A stretch of DNA of 63,155 nt, filler included, from Octopus bimaculoides (GCF_001194135.2; 7 parts of 6 records of this genome joined end to end with filler, not necessarily neighbours in it), one strand, 5' to 3'; shown: positions 50,789 to 63,153, counted from the whole stretch's first letter. The notes: generated by a model from the letters alone, not told the origin. A program made the numbers and translations.

Positions 50789-51194
50789 TGAAGACAGCTG
50801 CAGAAAGGCCTCAGTATGGCCTGGGGGGACTACCAAAAGGCTTTCGACAGTGTTCCCCACACATGGATTTTGGAAACACTAGCCATAAACAAAGTGGCAC
50901 CAATTATTATAAAATACATAAGGTACTCAATGAACAAATGGCAGACAGTGCTACAGCTCCAAACAAAAGAGGGACTTGTGAAAACGAAAGCCATCCCCAT
51001 TAGAAGAGGAATATTCCAGGGAGACACGCTCTCTCCACTCCTGTTCTGCCTGGCACTCACACCTTTAACTGGATGCGGTTACAAATGTTACGGGAAAACA
51101 GTCAGCCACCTTCTATATATGGATGACCTAAAATTATATGCTAAAAATGACAAAGAGCTAGAAACACTACTACAGACAGTACACGGCTTTACCA
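50788..51194 (+). mobile_element. Dong/R4-clade LINE fragment (RT core), 5'-truncated, runs into a gap
   Basis: MAWGDYQKAFDSVPHTWILETL...RGIFQGDTLSPLLFCLAL...SHLLYMDDLKLYAKN; immediately preceded by (AAT)n at 50741-50787. Confidence 0.92.
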
Positions 51195-51891
51195 NNNNNN
51201 NNNNNNNNNNNNNNNNNNNNNNNNNNNNNNNNNNNNNNTTAATTAATTAANNNNNNNNNNNNNNNNNNNNNNNNNNNNNNNNNNNNNNNNNNNNTAATAA
51301 AGTTAATTAAAATAAGAATAGTTATAACTCGTTTAAGAAAGCTGAGAAATTCCATTTTCTGTCCAAATTTCGCATCTCAAAAACAAAAAACAATTTTTAG
51401 ATTTGGACCCATTTTTTGAAATAGGTGGGGTTAAAATGAAAAGAAACAAGTTTACTACTACAACTACTAATGCTACTGATATTACTATTATTATGACAAA
51501 GACTACAACAATAGTGAATAACAATACCAAAATGCAAAAAAAATATTGTCATCATCTTCGTTTTGCATTCGCTTTCCAAACTACCATGGGTTGGACTGGT
51601 TGCTGCAGTCTGAACCAGTTCTTAAGTTTTGGGGTCAGTAACTGTCCTCGTAGACAAGTCAGAGGGCAGTGCTGTGCTAACCCATCTTAGACAGTAGTAA
51701 TTCCATAATAAAGAACTGATCCAGACCAACCAAAATCCCTTATCTGATCACAGAAGGCAGTCAAAAAATGATTACAATAATGATGAAATTTCACAGAAAA
51801 AATATTGTAGAAAATAGAATGGTTTTGTAACTAAATGTATTTTCTGAATACATCTCATAATTTCTATGTGTTTCACACTAGGAACAATTCT

Positions 51892-52129
51892 TTAACCCTT
51901 TTGATACCAACCAACCTGAGACAGTTCCTTGTTCTATGACAAAAACTTCCAGTTTTATTGTGATCTAAATTAAAACCTTCTATCAGAATGACTTGTTAAT
52001 TTATGCTCAAAGCATCAGCCTCGTTAATGATAACGACAAAGTTATTTTACTAAATTCTTCATCATTTTCAAAATTAATTGAAACAAAGACAGTGTATTTC
52101 AAGAGAAATAAGGTTAACAAAAGGGTTAA
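51892..52129. mobile_element. piggyBac-like MITE (TTAA-CCC...GGG-TTAA)
   Basis: TTAA|CCCTTTTGATACC ... GGTTAACAAAAGGG|TTAA; ~13-bp TIRs and TTAA target-site duplication. Confidence 0.8.
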
Positions 52130-52313
52130 AAACAGGACAATGATACTACTACTACAACTACTAATAAAATTATTACTAGAACAACCTAACGACAACAGTG
52201 GAACAAATAGGGTACTATGAACAACTAAATCAGGAAAGGTACTTCTGTCGGTCAAGGTGGCACTAGCATACATACATAAATATATATAAAGCCTTGCAAG
52301 TAGATTTGGTACA

Positions 52314-52412
<99 letters not shown>

Positions 52413-53746
52413 AGTCTCTTTGTCTTGACATCATGTGATAGCTGTAAATGAGTGTTACAGCCATACAAGTGGTGTCGTTTGTTTCAAATCTTCTAGGACA
52501 ATATGCCTGGTTATGAGGAAATACTATTTGCTTGGAAACAAACGAGTTGGCAACAGGAAGGGCATCCAGCCGTAGAAAATCAGCCACAAAGAATTTGGTC
52601 TGACCCATGCAACTGTGGAAAATTGGATGTCCTTATTCTCATGATGATGATGATATTATGAGGTGCTTACCTCCCCTTCAATATCAGAGGGAGGGAAAAA
52701 AACAGGTAAACAAAAAAACCAAACCCCCAGCCCCAGCCTTCAGAAGAATTTGGACTCAGAATTGTGCAGGGCCAAACTTTTTTTTTCAGTCAAAAGTAAC
52801 AAAGTGGTTTTGTCTTGGGTTTTTTTCTTTTAAAACATCATTGTGTCATAAAAACAACAGAACATACAATAACAGCAGCAGTAGTGGTGTTGACAGCGTT
52901 CAATGTTGCCACAAGGACCACAAACTTGTGAGGAAAGTGGGTGCATAGCAAATAAATAGACAAAATAAGACAGGATGGTGACAGTTACAACTAGAATGCT
53001 GCTGATCATTGGTCAGCTCAACCAAGGTTGACTTGGATGCTCATCCTTATGCCAACCAGCTGACAGAGTGTACTGGGTGCTACCACACAGGAGTTTTCAT
53101 CCCCTGTCACCCGCTCTGTTGGAATGAGGCTTACATGGGGGATATGAGGTCTAAATAGCAGCAGTAGCAACAATTAGTATTAATTGTCTGAATAAAAGCT
53201 GGGATTGACTTCAGATGGAATTATCTTTCGTGGCTGTTTGTAAGATCAAGGCTCACTTGAGGCACCATAACAACAATGTATGTATTCATGATTAACTTAG
53301 TTATAATTAATTGCCAATCTTTGAATTCCTGTCTGGACCATTTCTTTGATCCAGAATATACTTCAGCCATCATATTACAGACTCAAACCTTCACAGATTT
53401 CCAATATCCTTCAGTATTGTATTTAGGTTCTATAGAGTAGATAAACAGGCACCAATTGTAATAGCACTGAGGTCACTAGGGTGCCATCATGAAAGACAGG
53501 AATTACTTGAAGCATATTCCTTTTACTGTGTCCAAGGCAATTACAGGAAATTGAACCCAGATATGTACGTTAACAACACACTTGTCAGTCATACATTGTC
53601 ACAGCTATCTTTGAGCAAAAGAAAAAAAAAAGAGAAATATTTTTTTGAAACTATTTCCAATCGGCTGACCTGTATGTACCTACAATATTCACTACAATTG
53701 GGTGACTGTACACCTCACTACAGTACACCTAAGTAAACTGCACATA

Positions 53747-53783
<37 letters not shown>

Positions 53784-54326
53784 AAGGTAAACTTCTTTGA
53801 GTTTCTGTATCAAATCCAGTCACAAGTTTTGATCAGTCTGAAGCTATGATAGGACACACTTGCACAAGGTGCCATGCTGTGGGACTGAACCTGAAACCAT
53901 GTGGTTGAAACTTCTTAAGCACACAGTCGCACCTGCACCTTATGATCATATGATGTAAATACCTACTGTTCCTTATTCTAAGCAGTTGAAGGACTTAATG
54001 TTTTTACTCCATGTATTGTACTGATAAGTTTCCCTAGATTGATTAGAATATTGAGCTGTGGTCCAGAGTAACACAAAGGAACAAGAGATCCCTACAGCAA
54101 ATTTTCCTTCCCTTTCTACACAAAAATCTATGCCTCTGTAACACTGCGAGGAGTCAACAGTGGCAAATGGGAGAAGAGACAGAGAACGTAACTAAAAGAT
54201 ACGAAACCAAGTTTTGCTCTTTGAGTTTCACTTATATTAACTTAAGCCATTGCCTGGTCAAAGTATTTCGATAAGTCTGTCCTAAATGACTAGGCTTGTT
54301 TTCAACTAGCCTTTGTTTCATACATT

Positions 54327-54555
54327 CTGAGTTAATATAAAGCTATCCTTTCATAACTCCTAAGTTATTCTGGCGGTCAGAAAAAATTGGGAATTTGTAA
54401 CATATATGATGCATGGACACAAGGGAGATATGTTTACAGACTTTGAGTTAGCCCTTATTTCCTGAGTTAATATAAAGCTATCCTTTCATAACCCCTAAGT
54501 TACTCTGGTGGTTGGAAAAAATTAGTAATGTGTATCATATATGATGTACGGATGC
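54327..54555. repeat. 135-bp-period tandem duplication (~95-bp homologous core)
   Basis: ctgagttaatataaagctatcctttcataac.cctaagtta.tctgg... at 54327 and 54462; the region ends in ggggTTAA at 54611. Confidence 0.85.
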
Positions 54556-55825
54556 CAGGAAAATATGTCCTGTTGTAGTACATCTGACATACAGAACAGT
54601 CAAGGGGTTAACAAATTAAATTTGTAAGATTTTTAGACATAACGAATATATATATAAAAAATAAGATGTTACAAGAATTAGAAAAAAAAGAAAATTTAAT
54701 TATTAAAATATGAAAAAATGAAATAGTTTTTTTTTAAAATAGTTACCAAAATTTATATTTTGACAGATAATATAATTAGTTAATTGAATAATTATATAAA
54801 CTTAAGATTAAAATTTCAAGTTGAAATACTTTTTAGTGATTTTTTGGTTAATTTTACTGTTAATTACATTTTAGAGTTTTTAATGGTTTATTTTGATTTT
54901 AATTTTATTACTTTAAACTTTTAAAAGTAAGCAACAAAATCAGGTCAGCGAGTGTTTCAATAAATGGTAGTATTCTTAAGAAGTCACTGAAGAATCATTA
55001 GTGTTTTTGATTTCTTACAAAGACTAAGAGCTGTGTGTGTGTGTGTGTGTGTGTGTGTGCAAATTTTGGAAAGAGCATGGGTGTGTGAAGCAAAAAATGG
55101 CTGCCATTTAAGTGATGTAATTTTTCATTTGTCATGTAGTGGTGTTGTAAAATTTGACTTATGCATATTAATTTCCATTATGTCCTTTAAATTGAATCAA
55201 AATTTCATGCATTTATTTGTAAAGTTAAGGAAATTATTAAAAATTGAAACCCATCGGTGATTTTTGGGACACCCTGTATATANNNNNNNNNNNNNNNNNN
55301 NNNNNNNNNNNNNNNNNNNNNNNNNNNNNNNNNNNNNNNNNNNNNNNNNNNNNNNNNNNNNNNNNNNNNNNNNNNNNNNNNNNNNNNNNNNNNNNNNNNN
55401 NNNNNNNNNNNNNNNNNNNNNNNNNNNNNNNNNNNNNNNNNNNNNNNNNNNNNNNNNNNNNNNNNNNNNNNNNNNNNNNNNNNNNNNNNNNNNNNNNNNN
55501 NNNNNNNNNNNNNNNNNNNNNNNNNNNNNNNNNNNNNNNNNNNNNNNNNNNNNNNNNNNNNNNNNNNNNNNNNNNNNNNNNNNNNNNNNNNNNNNNNNNN
55601 NNNNNNNNNNNNNNNNNNNNNNNNNNNNNNNNNNNNNNNNNNNNNNNNNNNNNNNNNNNNNNNNNNNNNNNNNNNNNNNNNNNNNNNNNNNNNNNNNNNN
55701 NNNNNNNNNNNNNNNNNNNNNNNNNNNNNNNNNNNNNNNNNNNNNNNNNNNNNNNNNNNNNNNNNNNNNNNNNNNNNNNNNNNNNNNNNNNNNNNNNNNN
55801 NNNNNNNNNNNNNNNNNNNNNNNNN

Positions 55826-56140
55826 NGCCTAGTACTTATTTTATCAGGCTCTTTTTGCCGAACCGCTAAGTGACATGGACGTAAACACACCAGCATCGGT
55901 TGTCACGCAATGTTAGGGATAGAAACACAGACACACAAACGTACACACACACACACACATATATATACATATATATGACGGGCTTCTTTCAGTTTCCGTC
56001 TACCAAATCCACTCACAAGGCTTTGGTCGGCCCGAGGTTATAGTAGAAGACACTTGTCCAAGTTACCACGCAGTGGAACTGAACCCAGAACCATGTGGTT
56101 GGTAAGCAAGCTACTTACCACACAGCCACTCCTGCGCCTA
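55826..56140 (-). mobile_element. SINE family A copy (near complete)
   Basis: Reverse complement of 39639-39960. Confidence 0.9.
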
Positions 56141-57429
56141 TAGCTACTTACAACACATACTGACACACACAAATAACCATGCATGAATGTATGTAACCAT
56201 GCATATAATCATCAATAGACATGTGAAGACAGTTGCATCAAGAGGTGCCAATCTCTAATTGTGGAAGGGGTACACCCAGGAAGACATGTCACGAAGTGGT
56301 GAGAAAAGGATCTCCAGTCATTGGGGATCACAGAGGGGGTGACAGGGGATCAAGACTCCAGTGTAGTAGCACCCAGTACACTCTGTCAGGTAGCTGGCAT
56401 TAGGATGAGCATCCAGCTGTAGAAACCATACCAAAACAGATAATTGGGGCCTCAGCAGCTCTTCAGCTGGCCAGCTCCTGTCAAACTGTCCAACCCATGT
56501 CAGCATGGAAAACAGACGTTAAATAATGATGACGATGATGTACAAATGCACATACATACAAAGCCAGACATTAAATTTAATGACATGACCGCAAACATGA
56601 ACACATATGTAATCATACACACACACACACCATTGTATCCAGTATACATTAATAACTAAACATCTAATTAACTAATTAACTCCACATAACTACTCATTTC
56701 ATCATAAAACTAGACATACATAATTATATATTTAATAATATAACTACACACACACACACACACACACACACATGTGCAACTATGCCCCCAAATGTATTAC
56801 ACACATACACACAAACATTTAAGTATGCATGAATCTAATTTACAAACATGCGCACACAAACTGGTAAATGACTATACAAGAAATTTACTGCACACGTATG
56901 CACACACATACATACACACAATCATCATCATCATGTAATGTCCATCTTCCATACTGGCATGGGTTAGATGGTGTGCCAGGACCTAATGGGTCTGAAGACT
57001 GCATTATGGCTACTTCTATGGCTGCGTGCCGTTCTTAATGCCAACCACTTTACAGAATGTTCTAGGTTTTTTTTTTTTTGTCCTGACACCAGCACCAGTG
57101 AGGTCACCATGCAGCTTGTAAGGAGACTGATGTCTCCTTTGACTTAGCGGGGCTACAGCAGAGTGAGAGAGACAGCTTTATGTTATGGGACGGGGAGGGG
57201 GTTAAAGTACGAAAGAAGGAGCTAGAACAGAACAAGTTTCTTGCTGGGAAGGGGAGGGAGCATGCTTACCCATACTCACATTTCAGAAGGGTGAGTACAG
57301 CCAGGGTGAGACTGGAAAAGGATCAAGGAAAGATATTGGTGATGAGGTTTCAAGGTGGACCCTCAACAAACATGAGTAGAAGTGAGCGGGAACAGAAGTT
57401 GTAAGAGTGTATGGAGAAAGTAAGGTGGA

Positions 57430-57605
57430 TGGAGATGGCATAGTGGCTAGTGTGTTGGACTCGCAATCATAAGATTGTGGTTTCAATTCCTGGACCAGGC
57501 GATGCATCGTGTTCTTGAGCAAAACACTTCATTTCATACTGCTCCAGTCCACTCAGCAGGTAAAAGTGAGTAATCCTGTGATGGACCAGTGTCCCACCCA
57601 GAGAG
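57430..57605 (+). mobile_element. tRNA-derived SINE (further family)
   Basis: A box TGGCATAGTGG, B box GTTTCAATTCC, gtgttcttgagcaaaacactt; antisense copy at ~48470-48580. Confidence 0.75.
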
Positions 57606-57647
<42 letters not shown>

Positions 57648-57756
57648 GAGCATTCNNNNNNNNNNNNNNNNNNNNNNNNNNNNNNNNNNNNNNNNNNNNT
57701 TAATTAATTAANNNNNNNNNNNNNNNNNNNNNNNNNNNNNNNNNNNNNNNNNNNNA

Positions 57757-57799
<43 letters not shown>

Positions 57800-58525
57800 A
57801 TTGTGGTTAGAGCAATCTATTAAGCCTCAGCAGTGATTAAATTACGCGTTTCCTCTCGAATGATACATTGAGTGCATGCCCAAATAATTTATCTTTGCGT
57901 ATAAGTATAATATGAAGTTATTACGAGTAAGAGTGTAGCGCAAAGCCTTTACTGCCCACGGTACTATAACATTAAGGAGCGTTTAGTTCGCTTTCATTGT
58001 TAACTGATTTATGGTTTCCTCTGTCATATGAGGATTCGTACTGTTATGTGCTTCAAAAAGCTTTCTCATCAACGCACCATGTTTTCTTCAAAGTTAACTT
58101 CAGTGGTATGTTTTATAACCCAGGGATTATATTGTTATATCAATCATTCGTGTGCTATATCTAAGTATAGGGCTTTCTAACAATATGCAATATATACCAA
58201 CCTGTAGCAGGGATGTATTTATTGCTTATAATGATAGTGGTTTGGGTTTAGATATTATTTCACCATTGCTGTTTTCACTTGTGTCTGTCACAGGATTTCA
58301 CCCATGCTATGTAACCGTTTCGAAGTGATCGACTGATCAAATCGAACTCAGCATTTATTAATTTTTCAATTTCATATTTTTGTATCGGCCTTTTTTACGG
58401 AGTCCCTGTATTATGATGGGGATGCAAACACGCTAACAACGGTTGTCAAGTAGCAGATGTGGAAATACGCACGCAATCATACATACCTAAAACACACACA
58501 CAAACGCAAAAACACACACACAAAC

Positions 58526-58579
<54 letters not shown>

Positions 58580-60848
58580 GTAGAGACAAAGAAGGGGAGA
58601 GAGAGGGGTTTCCAAACACTTTCCTTCTACTGAATACACTCACAATACATTCATCGACCAACGCTAGATTAGAACTCACCTTTCCAAGCAGTGGTACTGA
58701 ACCCGGAATTACGTGGTTGCATTGCGCGATTTTTAACCACGCAGACATACATATGCGTATATGCGTAAGGAAAACGAATTCTACTCTTTGTATTCGATAT
58801 CTCTCAACAGAAGTTAATCGTTCAAAACAAATCTCATATCTTTGCTCTATGAAGAATCACCATGAATTTTATAGTTAATTTAGACAGTGTCACGTGACAC
58901 AGCAGGTATTTAAAGGGAAATTTGACAAGACAGTCAGTCGGCCGCTGACACACGTTGACGCGAAATCGAAGAGGCCAGGGAACAGAAGAAAGAAGACATG
59001 CACTCAACACAAGAGCTGAAAACACCTCCGAAAGGAGGGACCCCGTCACATCAAAACGGTAGAGGAGTAGGGGCCGAAACCGGACGTGGTTGCTCCTGAT
59101 AGTGTCTTTAGCTAACTGAATCCTATAAAGGAGCTGTTGTGGTAGCAGACCACGAAACATGGTTGAAATTCCTCCCGTTCTTGCTAGCTCGAAAGCTTGA
59201 TACCATATTCGAACCTACGACACGTAAGTTGGTCAGCCTAATGAGTCGTTTAATCAACCATTTCGACCTCGCTACGTATTCCGTAGATATATTTTATGTT
59301 TTGCTATAATAGCAATTTAATTTTCTATGTAATATAATTTTCCTCCCCGGTGAGGTAACGTATGAGCAATTTGTCTGTTTATTAATTTAATTGTTTAAAC
59401 TTATAGAAATCCCACGGCACTTATTGGTCAATAAAATATATATGAATATATAAAAGTTTGGAAACATTTTTAATCAGTTCTTTCAAACAAATTGAGAACA
59501 ATGCAATAAATATAGTTGTAATTATTTAAATGCTTCAATAATCAGTCAAATTCTGGTACACTTCTAATTGGTAAATGTTTAAGTAGCCTTTCTATCTAGA
59601 GAGCGCATAATTATAAAAGCTATCGCAGTTACCAACAGAAGCAAATGAAATAATTTTATTTTCACGTTGCATTCAATATTCATACCAACTATTAGATTCT
59701 TTTAGTTTTTCACTCATTGTATGCGGTCATACTGGAGCACCGTCTAAATTTTTCTGGAGTTAGAAATCAACACTTAAACAAATATTCACCAAAAAACTGC
59801 GCTTTTTGATAAACACTTCTTACTACAGGTTTTGTTCATCCTTACGAAAAATGTATTGATATATTGAGCCGTTTCTTTCATTATTGTAATTGTTGTCGAG
59901 CTCCATGGCAATTGGGTTGAAAGAGATTAATTACCAAAAGCATTTCTGACGCAACATATCCATCTTTTTGTAAATAACGCAATTCATCCTCTTATGTATA
60001 TTACCTTTTTTGATAAGACAATGGCTTCTATTTGAGTCCAGTTTTGCTGCTATTTCAACAGCAACCACAAGTTATGCCATTAAAATTTTCCTAGGGTTTC
60101 CATCAATTTTGAAATGGCGGAACATCAGGAGAAATTCTCCTGTTTTATGCAAGCATGCAATCGGCTTTTGCTGAGTGGCAAAACTATAATCGCTAATGTA
60201 AACTCAGCTATGGACACCGTTTATATATAAACGACGTCACTATGTCTGGATAAGTCTGTGATAGATTTGAACTGTGAAACTGAAATATAATATAGATCCA
60301 GACAGAATAGTGCTAATGATAATCGCAAAACAACATACGTATTTTGATTGCACTTTACACTGACCCATACATTAACTACATTGTTCCATTTCCTGATGAA
60401 TTTTTATTGGATCTAACAGATTTTGATTCAAGAAAATATAAGCTTCCAGTCAGAAATAAATCGGCTTATATTCACAAATGATGTTTTATATAGCTTATTG
60501 TAAAATATACCCTGAGCTCCGTCACTATATCATAATCTGTTCATGCTTCCTCAAAGCATACGCAGTGATGTGTGACGAGAGTCTTAAAGCAATTTCATTT
60601 CATAAGAAAAACGTATGTGGTGCGGTTTTATTTTACCTGAGCCTCTAGTTATGCTAGAAACAGCATTAATTTAAAACTATTACACCTACAAAAATGTTAA
60701 GGCTCGTTATACATACACAAATACAGGCACATGTATGTATGTGTATAANNNNNNNNNNNNNNNNNNNNNNNNNNNNNNNNNNNNNNNNNNNNTTAATTAA
60801 TTAANNNNNNNNNNNNNNNNNNNNNNNNNNNNNNNNNNNNNNNNNNNN

Positions 60849-60886
<38 letters not shown>

Positions 60887-60888
<2 letters not shown>

Positions 60889-61149
60889 CAATAATAAATC
60901 TCTGAGCGAGATGTAAGCAGTAACAGCACGACATCGTGAAGTATATTTGCCACCTAAATGTGGCTGACCCATATGGGACTATGCTACTGTATTCATAGCC
61001 CCAGGAAGACATCTCCTCCAGCTGGATGAGATTTCTTCCTGATGCTATAAATTACAGTAAGATTGTCCTATTTGGGTCGGCCACATTTAGGTGGCAAATA
61101 TACTTCACGATGTTACTGCTTACATCTCGCTCAGAGATTTATTATTGCT
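60887..61149. repeat. Hairpin with ~85-90-bp near-perfect arms (family E related)
   Basis: 60887-60978 is the reverse complement of 61066-61149 apart from one 8-nt indel and a few mismatches. Confidence 0.9.
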
Positions 61150-61419
61150 TGTTTCTCCTTTTTCGAGATCACTGGAAAAAGCATATAGTATTTTGCGTTC
61201 GGAATCACTTCTCATCCCTAGTCGGTGATTGTCACACGCTGATGACGAGTTACTACCCAAAAACCCGGGTCCGTGTGTATCACGTAAGGCTAGAAGAGAT
61301 GGGAACGATGATTTCCCTTCGCAAATACTGATCGGGCACAGAGAGTGTGTCGTTAGGCAGCTGGAGAAGATGTCAGCCATTTTTAGCTGGCAAATATACT
61401 TCACAATATATATATACAT

Positions 61420-61686
61420 GGCTGTTCCGTTTGAACGGACTTAATGCGATTTTTTAACCCCAAGCAGACATCTCTAGCTGTTTAACTATGCAAAGATGCA
61501 TCTGATGTATTGCGAGCAGGGAAGCGAACCCCTAACATCTTCTAGCGACGAGACCAGCAGACCAGTTTGGTGTCGGGCTATTTCTACCCGCAATTTATCT
61601 GATGGAGCTTTACATCGTTAACCAGTTAGAGGAGATTTCTACTTGAAGTTATAGATCGCAGTAAAGCCCGTTCGAACGGAACAACC
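61420..61686. mobile_element. ~270-bp MITE with 23-26-bp TIRs
   Basis: GGCTGTTCCGTTTGAACGGACTT ... AAGCCCGTTCGAACGGAACAACC. Confidence 0.75.
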
Positions 61687-61872
61687 ATGATGAAGTAGCT
61701 ACGCACATTACTTGCTGGTACAACTACAGCGTTCATCTCTTAGAGAGATTTTAGAACTACGTTTTGTTTGCTGCTAAATCAGTGACTCTCTGCCGCTTGA
61801 ATATATATAAATTGCTAGTAGAAGCAAACTATTGCCATCTCTAGCAGACGAGGTGTCCAGTAATGAAGAGAG

Positions 61873-62039
61873 GCAGAAATAGCCCGAAACCAGGCTGGTC
61901 TGCTGGTCTCGTCGCTAAAAGGTGGTAGGGGTTCGCTCCGCTGCTCACAGTATATCGGATGCAGCTTTGCATCTTTAACCAGCTAGAGATGCCCTCTTGG
62001 GGTTAAAAAATTGCAGTAAAGTCTGTTCGAACGGAACAA
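61873..62039. mobile_element. Second, inverted copy of the same MITE family
   Basis: Reverse complement aligns to 61423-61590 (agcgacgagaccagcagaccag block identical). Confidence 0.8.
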
Positions 62040-62084
62040 ATAAGTTGAAATGGTTACGAACATTACTATGTACATATGTGTGTG

Positions 62085-62131
<47 letters not shown>

Positions 62132-62214
62132 TTTATAGAAAAACAAAAGACGAAAGCATGTGTGTGAACAACAAACAAGTGTGTCAGTTCGAAGTTCGGG
62201 AAAAATGAAAAAGT

Positions 62215-62250
62215 CTTTTACGTTTCGAGCCTACGCTCTTCAACAGAAAG
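62215..62250 (-). ncRNA. Candidate minimal type-I hammerhead ribozyme in a Penelope-like LTR fragment (~62128-62300)
   Basis: - strand CTTT-CTGTTGA-A-GAGC-GTAG-GCTC-GAAA-CG-TA-AAAG: stem I CUUU/AAAG, stem II GAGC/GCUC, palindromic ACGU stem III, GUA cleavage triplet; core has U in place of the conserved A6. Confidence 0.55.
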
Positions 62251-62344
62251 GAATAAGAGAAAATATGCAGAGAGAGAATGAAAAAGACTTGTAGATTTCA
62301 ACGCTTATGAACTAAAAGTAGGAGGGGGACAGGATAAAGTACCT

Positions 62345-63153
62345 GCATCAACATGCTATAAAAGCAGGTAATAATTTTTCCATGAACTTATTCTTAGTGC
62401 AAGTTTTGAAGAGTGCAGTTTGATTTTAAAAATTATTTTTTCAAAGCTATAATGGAGATGACAAAGGAACATATTCGGCATATTTTGCTTTATAAGTTCA
62501 ATGAAGGCAACAACGCAACGGAAAGTGCGAGGTATATTAATGCAGTATATGGAGAACGGATGATAAGCGTAAGCCAGTGTCAACGGTGGATCCAAACATT
62601 CCGGGCCGAAAACTACAGCCAAGAAGATGAGCCTCATCCTGGAATATCTGTAGAGCTAGACGAGGACGTCCTGCAAAACCTGGTGGAACAAAATTCCATC
62701 GTAACTGTTGAGGAACTAGCAGACAAGTCTGGATTTGGTCATTCAAGAAGTCATTCAAGTCAGCGCTAGAAGATAAACGATCATCACTGGTTGTTTCAAG
62801 ACGACCACATATTGCAAGGATGACATTCCAAAAGCTGGAGCAGTTTGAGTAGGAAACGATGCCCCACCCACCATATTCGCCGGTGGGTGGGGCATCTGAT
62901 TATCATTTATTCCGCAGTTTTCAAAATCATTTGATCGGAAAAAATATGAATTCTGTAGACGAGGTCAGAACAGTAATGGAGGACTATTTTTCGTCACGGA
63001 CAAGTGAATTTTAGAAGAGGAGCCTTACAAGTCTACCAGATTGTAGACAATGAAGGAGAGTATATTTTAGGTTAAAAAAGAACTTTGTTTATCTTAATTT
63101 CGTGAAAATAAAGAAGCATAAAAAAACCGCATTATTTATGAGATAACCCATAT
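62345..63153 (+). mobile_element. Internally deleted mariner with right TIR
   Basis: ATG 62452 MEMTKEHIRHILLYKFNEGNNATESARYINAVYGE...QRWIQTFR...EDEPHPG; decayed HPPYSP/DYHLFR C-terminus; TIR ...aaccgcattatttatgagataacccaTA. Confidence 0.88.

Noticed and set aside
59055-59090. Second hammerhead (GG..CC-GAAACCGG)
   Set aside because: No CUGANGA core and no UH triplet in the right position.
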